Position numbers and translations under genes: made by a program. A stretch of 64,000 bases of DNA. Origin: Ignavibacteriales bacterium. Its GTDB lineage: Bacteria > Bacteroidota > Ignavibacteria > UBA10030. This document shows, one piece after another, positions 59,006 through 64,000 of the stretch; within the stretch, counting starts at the first letter, position 1, and each line of letters starts with the position of its first letter. Where the stretch lies: NCBI GenBank assembly GCA_026390595.1, contig JAPLFQ010000032.1, positions 28,215 through 92,214 on the forward strand, written 5' to 3'. Below the pieces are notes generated by a model that had not been told where the DNA came from, ran no database searches, and saw only the letters and a program-made list of their open reading frames with translations.

Positions 59006-61456
59006 ATGAGAGTATTGAAGTTTGGCGGGTCTTCCGTAGCAGATTCGGAGCGAATTAAGGCGGTGATCGACATTGTGATCGGATCCCAGAAGGCTCATGG
59101 ACAGCTGGCCATCGTCGCATCTGCCCTGCACGGGGTAACAAATCGGCTCATCGAGGCGGGGCAGCGGGCATACCGGGGAGACAAAAGCTACGAAGAGCTG
59201 CTCTCGGCCTTGCAAGAACGCCACAGGAGGGTCGTGAATGATCTGCTTGGGACTCAGGCTGACCTTCGTGCCCATCGATTTATCACCCAATCATTTCAGG
59301 AATTGTCGGAATTCATCCACGGGATCTGGATCCTTGGTGAAATTACGAATCGGACGCTTGATTTCGTGATGAGCTACGGCGAGCAGCTTTCGTGCGTCAT
59401 CATAGCAGAGGCTCTCGTGCAACGAGGAGTACCTGCCAACTATGTCGACAGCAGAACGCTGATCCAAACCGACCTGAACTACGGAGCCGCCCAGGTCAAC
59501 TTCGACCTCACAAACTGGAATCTCCTGAATCATTTCAAGAGCAGAACAGATATTCAGGTCATCACCGGGTTCATAGCCCGCGGCCCCGAAAACGAGACGA
59601 CAACGCTCGGGCGCGGAGGCTCGGACTATACAGCTTCCATCATCGGGGCGGCGCTGGATGCGGAAGAAATCGAAATCTGGACAGATGTCGACGGAGTATT
59701 GACCGCTGACCCGCGGAGAGTTTCTGAAGCGTATTCCCTCGAATCCCTCACGTTTGAGGAAGCGCTTGAGCTCTCTCATTTCGGAGCGAAGGTGATTCAT
59801 CCGCCGACGATGCTTCCCGCTCTCCACAAGAGGATTCCCATCCGGATCCGTAACTCCTTCAACCCCTCCTTCAAGGGAACTCTGATCTGTGAGCGCCCCT
59901 CTGCCGAGACTGAAAGCCCCGTGAAGGGGATCGCCTGCATGGATCGGGTCAGCCTGTTGAAGGTGACAGGTGAGGGCATCATGCGAACAATCGGCATCGC
60001 TTCCAGAATCTTCGCAGCTCTCGCAAGGAAAGAGATCGAAGTGACGATGGTGACGCAGTCTTCTTCAGAGCACAGCATTTGCCTCGCTATTACATCCGAG
60101 CACATACGAACGGCCAGGGAAGTCGTTGAGCTCGAATTTCGCGTCGAAGTGCACCATGGGCAGATTTCTGCGATCACCGTCGAAAACGATTGCTCCATCA
60201 TAGCAATCGTCGGAGACCGGGTGCAAAACATCCCCGGCGTCACGGGCAAGATCTTCGATGCGCTCGGCCGCAACGGCATTACGCTGCGCGCGATTGCTCA
60301 TGGTTCTTCGGATCGAAACCTGACGCTCGTCCTGAAGCAGAGCGATCTTCAAAAAGCGATGAATGCGCTCCACGATCATCTCTTCCTCTCCCGGCAGAAG
60401 ACCCTGAATCTTTTTCTCCTCGGTCCCGGCCTTGTCGGCAGCGCGTTGCTCGAGCTGCTCAAAGACCAAGAGGACTTTGCCCGCACTTCACTTCGGACAC
60501 GCTTCCGGCTCGTGGGCATCGCAAACAGCCGGCAGATGCTCTTTAACGAAAACGGAATCGATCTCTGTCACTGGCGCACGCTCCTGTCCTCCAGCGCCCT
60601 GGCATCATCCCTCTCCGAGTTCACGGCAAAAGTGCGGACCCTGAACGCTGCCAACTCGATCGTCATCGACTGCACGGGGGGTGAACCAGCCGTCAGGCAG
60701 TACCTCGACCTCCTGCAATCCAGCGTCTCCGTGATCACTTCGAGCAAAGTCGCAAACACGCTTTCGAATGAATTCTACCGGCAGCTCCGTTCCACTTCAT
60801 CGAGGCACGGCGCGGAGTTTCGCTACAGCACAAACGTGGGTGCAGCTTTGCCGATCGTGGAGTCGATCAAGAGCATCATTCAGACCGGCGACTCAATCGA
60901 GCGCATCGAGGCGGTTCTCTCGGGGACATTGAGCTACATCTTCAGCTGCCTCAACGCCGGGAGATCGTTCAGCGACGCTGTGCAAGACGCACAGAAGCGG
61001 GGCTACACAGAACCCGATCCCAGGACAGATCTCGGAGGCATCGATGTCGCGCGCAAGCTCCTGATCCTCGTCCGGGAATCAGGCTATGCCATGGAAATGG
61101 ACGACATCACCATGGAGCCATACCTGCCGCAGGAAGTGTTCAACGGAACCGATCTTCCCGCAGCGCTTCGCAAAGCCGATGCCATTCTGGAAAAGCAGAA
61201 AGCGGCCGCGCAAAATCTCGGCCGCAAACTGGTGTTTATCGCGCGATTTGAAGGCGGCCGCGCGCGCGTTGGAGTTGAAGAGATCGGTTCAGACCATCCC
61301 TTCTATCATCTTTCCGGCAATGACAACATTGTATCTCTGACGACCCGCATTCTCTACCGGCAGCCGCTGGTGGTGCGAGGCGGCGGCGCCGGAGCACAGC
61401 TGACGGCATCAGGCCTGTTCAATGATATCGTCCACGTTTCACATTCGATGAACTAG
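59006..61456 (+). CDS. thrA: Bifunctional aspartokinase/homoserine dehydrogenase
   Basis: KFGGSSV, TTLGRGGSDY, WTDVDG, ACT domains, GPGLVG, NVGAALP, GYTEPDP..DL.G.DVARK; GGAG SD before ATG 59006. Confidence 0.93.
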   Translation: MRVLKFGGSSVADSERIKAVIDIVIGSQKAHGQLAIVASALHGVTNRLIEAGQRAYRGDKSYEELLSALQERHRRVVNDLLGTQADLRAHRFITQSFQELSEFIHGIWILGEITNRTLDFVMSYGEQLSCVIIAEALVQRGVPANYVDSRTLIQTDLNYGAAQVNFDLTNWNLLNHFKSRTDIQVITGFIARGPENETTTLGRGGSDYTASIIGAALDAEEIEIWTDVDGVLTADPRRVSEAYSLESLTFEEALELSHFGAKVIHPPTMLPALHKRIPIRIRNSFNPSFKGTLICERPSAETESPVKGIACMDRVSLLKVTGEGIMRTIGIASRIFAALARKEIEVTMVTQSSSEHSICLAITSEHIRTAREVVELEFRVEVHHGQISAITVENDCSIIAIVGDRVQNIPGVTGKIFDALGRNGITLRAIAHGSSDRNLTLVLKQSDLQKAMNALHDHLFLSRQKTLNLFLLGPGLVGSALLELLKDQEDFARTSLRTRFRLVGIANSRQMLFNENGIDLCHWRTLLSSSALASSLSEFTAKVRTLNAANSIVIDCTGGEPAVRQYLDLLQSSVSVITSSKVANTLSNEFYRQLRSTSSRHGAEFRYSTNVGAALPIVESIKSIIQTGDSIERIEAVLSGTLSYIFSCLNAGRSFSDAVQDAQKRGYTEPDPRTDLGGIDVARKLLILVRESGYAMEMDDITMEPYLPQEVFNGTDLPAALRKADAILEKQKAAAQNLGRKLVFIARFEGGRARVGVEEIGSDHPFYHLSGNDNIVSLTTRILYRQPLVVRGGGAGAQLTASGLFNDIVHVSHSMN

Positions 61457-61475
61457 GGAACCCTGAGGAGACTCG

Positions 61476-62375
61476 ATGAGCGTAGTGCTTTCAAACGAAC
61501 ATCGGCATCGCAGCGAACTGGAACAGCGCGGCGTCTTGTGCATTTCCGAACAGGAAGCAAACCGGGCCGACATCCGTCCTCTCCGCGTCGGCATCCTCAA
61601 TATCATGCCGAAGGGAGAAACATACGAACCCTATCTTCTCTTCCCTCTGAGCCGTACGATCATCCAGATAGAGCCTGTTTGGATCCGTCTCCACTCACAC
61701 GCATACAAGAGCACTGACATTGATCATCTTGACCAGTACTACGATTATTTCGAAAATGCGATCGCGAAAGCGCCGCTTGACGGCCTTGTCGTGACCGGCG
61801 CTCCGGTCGAGGAAATGGAGTATGAGGATGTGAGCTATTGGGATGAGATCACGACCATACTGACGTTCGCGCGTCAGAACATCACCTCCACGTTCGGTAT
61901 CTGCTGGGGAGGCATGGCCCTGGCCAAGATGGTCGGAATCGAAAAGGAAATGTTCAGGGAAAAGCTCTTCGGGGTGTATGAAACCCGCAACCTCGATCGG
62001 TCACATCCCATCACTGGCGAGTTGGATGACATGTTCTGGTGCGTGCAAAGCCGGCACTCGGGTATGTCCGATTCCGTACTTGAACGCGAGCGATCGAAGG
62101 GCAGGATCAACCTGCTGGCTCATTCGAACAACGGCGGGTATACGATTTTCGAAAGCTCCGACCGGCGATACCTGATGCACCTGGGACACCCGGAGTATGA
62201 AGCACAACGCCTGGTGGAGGAATATCGGAGAGATGCTGCTCTGGGAAGGTCAGATGTACCGCTGCCTGCCAACCTCGACATCAACAACCCGGTCAACAGA
62301 TGGCGAAGCCATGGGCTGGAATTCTTCGCACAATGGATCCGGTATATCTACGAACCGACGAGCCGGGAGGGCTGA
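61476..62375 (+). CDS. metA: MetA-family homoserine O-acyltransferase, probably acetyl-CoA-specific
   Basis: ILNIMP, TGAPVE (Glu at the specificity position), ICWG, SRHS, GHPEY. Confidence 0.92.
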   Translation: MSVVLSNEHRHRSELEQRGVLCISEQEANRADIRPLRVGILNIMPKGETYEPYLLFPLSRTIIQIEPVWIRLHSHAYKSTDIDHLDQYYDYFENAIAKAPLDGLVVTGAPVEEMEYEDVSYWDEITTILTFARQNITSTFGICWGGMALAKMVGIEKEMFREKLFGVYETRNLDRSHPITGELDDMFWCVQSRHSGMSDSVLERERSKGRINLLAHSNNGGYTIFESSDRRYLMHLGHPEYEAQRLVEEYRRDAALGRSDVPLPANLDINNPVNRWRSHGLEFFAQWIRYIYEPTSREG

Positions 62376-62445
62376 GGTGGTGGATGAAGACCAGTATTCT
62401 CTTGTTTCGTTCCGCCCTTTGCGGATGCCTCTTCCCGAGCCGCTG

Positions 62446-63612
62446 CTAGACCTTCAGATCCGGCACGTCCACCCACTTGCGCTCTGACCAGCTCTTCAGC
62501 GCCAGCTCAGCGAGTTGAATTCCTTTCGCCCCTTCAAGAAATGTCCACGGGAATGGCTCGTTGTTCACAACGTGCTTCAGAAACAACTCCCATTGCATCT
62601 TGAACGCATTGTCAAACGGCTGCGGAGCTGCCACATCCTTCCAACCGGCGAAGTAATCGACAGGATTTTCTATGTCCGGGTTCCAGACGAATGTCGGAGT
62701 CTCGGCGGCACTCATAGCCACGCACTTGTGCAGGCCGGCAACGGCTGATCCGTTTGTCCCATCAACCTGGAGCGTGAGGAGATCATCGCGCCGGACGCGC
62801 ACGGACCAGGAAGAATTGAAGTTGCAGACAACCCCGTTGGCACAGAGAATCGTGGCATATGCAGAATCGTCTGCCGTGCATCGATACTCCTTACTCTCCT
62901 CGTCGAGCCGGGTGTCCATGTGGGTCGCGCCAAGACACGAGATCGAGGAGACGCTTCCGAAAAGATTGTCGATTACATATCTCCAGTGACAGAGCATATC
63001 GGTGATGATTCCGCCCCCGTCTTCCTTCCGGTAGTTCCAGGAGGGCCGCTGACAGGGCTGTGACTTACCATCGAACACCCAGTACCCGAATTCCCCCCGC
63101 ACGGAGAGAATCTTTCCAAAGAAGCCGGTATCGATCAGGTATTTCAGTTTCAGCAATCCTGGCAGCCACAATTTGTCCTGGACGATCCCATTCTTCAAAC
63201 CGGCCGCCGCTGCCGCTCTCGTAAGCGCCATCGCCTCGTCAAAACTCGATGTAATCGGCTTCTCGCAATAGAGTGATTTCCGTGCTTTGATCGCTTTGCT
63301 GACCGCCGCGCTGCGCTGGTTGGTGGTCTGTGCGTCGAAATAAATAGCATTGGAAGAATCGGCGAGGCAGGCATCGAGATCGGTCGAATACCGTTTCAGG
63401 CCGTACTTCTCCGCCATCGCTTTAAGTTTCTCTTCGTTTCGTCCAACGAGAATAGGATCAGGCATGATCACATCACCTGACTTTGTCTTCACACCACCTT
63501 GATCCCGGATGGCAAGTATGGACCGTACCAGATGCTGGCGGGTACCCATACGACCAGTGACGCCATTCATGATGATGCCGACGGTATGAATCCGTGGATT
63601 TTCCATTATCAT
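62446..63612 (-). CDS. Gfo/Idh/MocA-family oxidoreductase
   Basis: IMNGVTGRMG..QHL, YCEKP, RPSWNYR..DGGG...DM..HW. Confidence 0.9.
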   Translation of the reverse strand: MIMENPRIHTVGIIMNGVTGRMGTRQHLVRSILAIRDQGGVKTKSGDVIMPDPILVGRNEEKLKAMAEKYGLKRYSTDLDACLADSSNAIYFDAQTTNQRSAAVSKAIKARKSLYCEKPITSSFDEAMALTRAAAAAGLKNGIVQDKLWLPGLLKLKYLIDTGFFGKILSVRGEFGYWVFDGKSQPCQRPSWNYRKEDGGGIITDMLCHWRYVIDNLFGSVSSISCLGATHMDTRLDEESKEYRCTADDSAYATILCANGVVCNFNSSWSVRVRRDDLLTLQVDGTNGSAVAGLHKCVAMSAAETPTFVWNPDIENPVDYFAGWKDVAAPQPFDNAFKMQWELFLKHVVNNEPFPWTFLEGAKGIQLAELALKSWSERKWVDVPDLKV

Positions 63613-63653
63613 TAAACTCCAGACAAGTTGTCAGAAACTGCGAACTTTGTTTG

Positions 63654-64000
63654 TCAAGGTTTGTCCGTGCATTGCGGACACGCCCCCGGAGGGAGCGGCG
63701 GCGCCTCGACCCCCGCCTTCGGGAGTGTCCCATCGAGCTCCTGCCTCCAGTGTGCAACATCGCCGGCCGGACCGTAGCAATACATCATGTGGAGGGGCGT
63801 GTCTCCCATGTTCGTCAATTGGTGGAATACTCCGCTGGGGATATACACAGCCTGCCCCGCATTCAATATCTGTCGCTCTTCACCGAGGCACATCTCGGCG
63901 GTTCCATTTACGATGAAGTAGACTTCTTCCTGTTCCTGGTTATGCCATGGGACCTGTCCCCCTTTCGGTTGCAGCGTCACGTATCCCATGCTGAACATTT
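63654..64000 (-). CDS. Cupin-domain protein (5' end beyond the window)
   Basis: VPWHNQEQEEVY..G..E; AVYIPSGVFHQLTN. Confidence 0.85.
   Translation of the reverse strand, partial: MFSMGYVTLQPKGGQVPWHNQEQEEVYFIVNGTAEMCLGEERQILNAGQAVYIPSGVFHQLTNMGDTPLHMMYCYGPAGDVAHWRQELDGTLPKAGVEAPPLPPGACPQCTDKP

Overview
Bacterial chromosome segment of moderately high GC. Gene content and protein styles suggest an Ignavibacteria/Bacteroidota-Chlorobiota-type organism (inference). Positions 1-28 kb are a long minus-strand run of mostly housekeeping genes (ctpA, lysS, malQ, rluB, scpB, scpA, trpS, aroC, degP, recO, mtnA, comEC, dtd, prmC and others). Positions 28-64 kb are accessory and metabolic: a GH38 mannosidase, a NamZ-like hydrolase, an unusual ACP / ADP-forming acyl-CoA ligase / NagB(D72N) / DUF4954 / Re-citrate synthase / NagB cluster, a three-gene regulatory module (polytopic membrane protein, degenerate bEBP-like regulator, stand-alone AraC domain) whose two promoters share a palindrome centred at about -61.5, a MerR-two-CW + PsrABC + YeeE/YedE + rhodanese sulfur-respiration operon, a GH88/SDR/Eda sugar-acid cluster and a SAM-I riboswitch-controlled aspartokinase-HSDH/metA operon. 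Best candidates for new biology: the membrane protein/pseudo-AAA+/AraC circuit, the ACP-NagB*-Re-citrate synthase cluster, a ScpB with a long acidic tether ending in a MinD-like membrane helix, and a Cys-less rhodanese with a C-terminal Gly-Cys arm. I recognised no tRNA, rRNA, CRISPR array or transposase. All calls come from reading motifs by eye; no database search was run.
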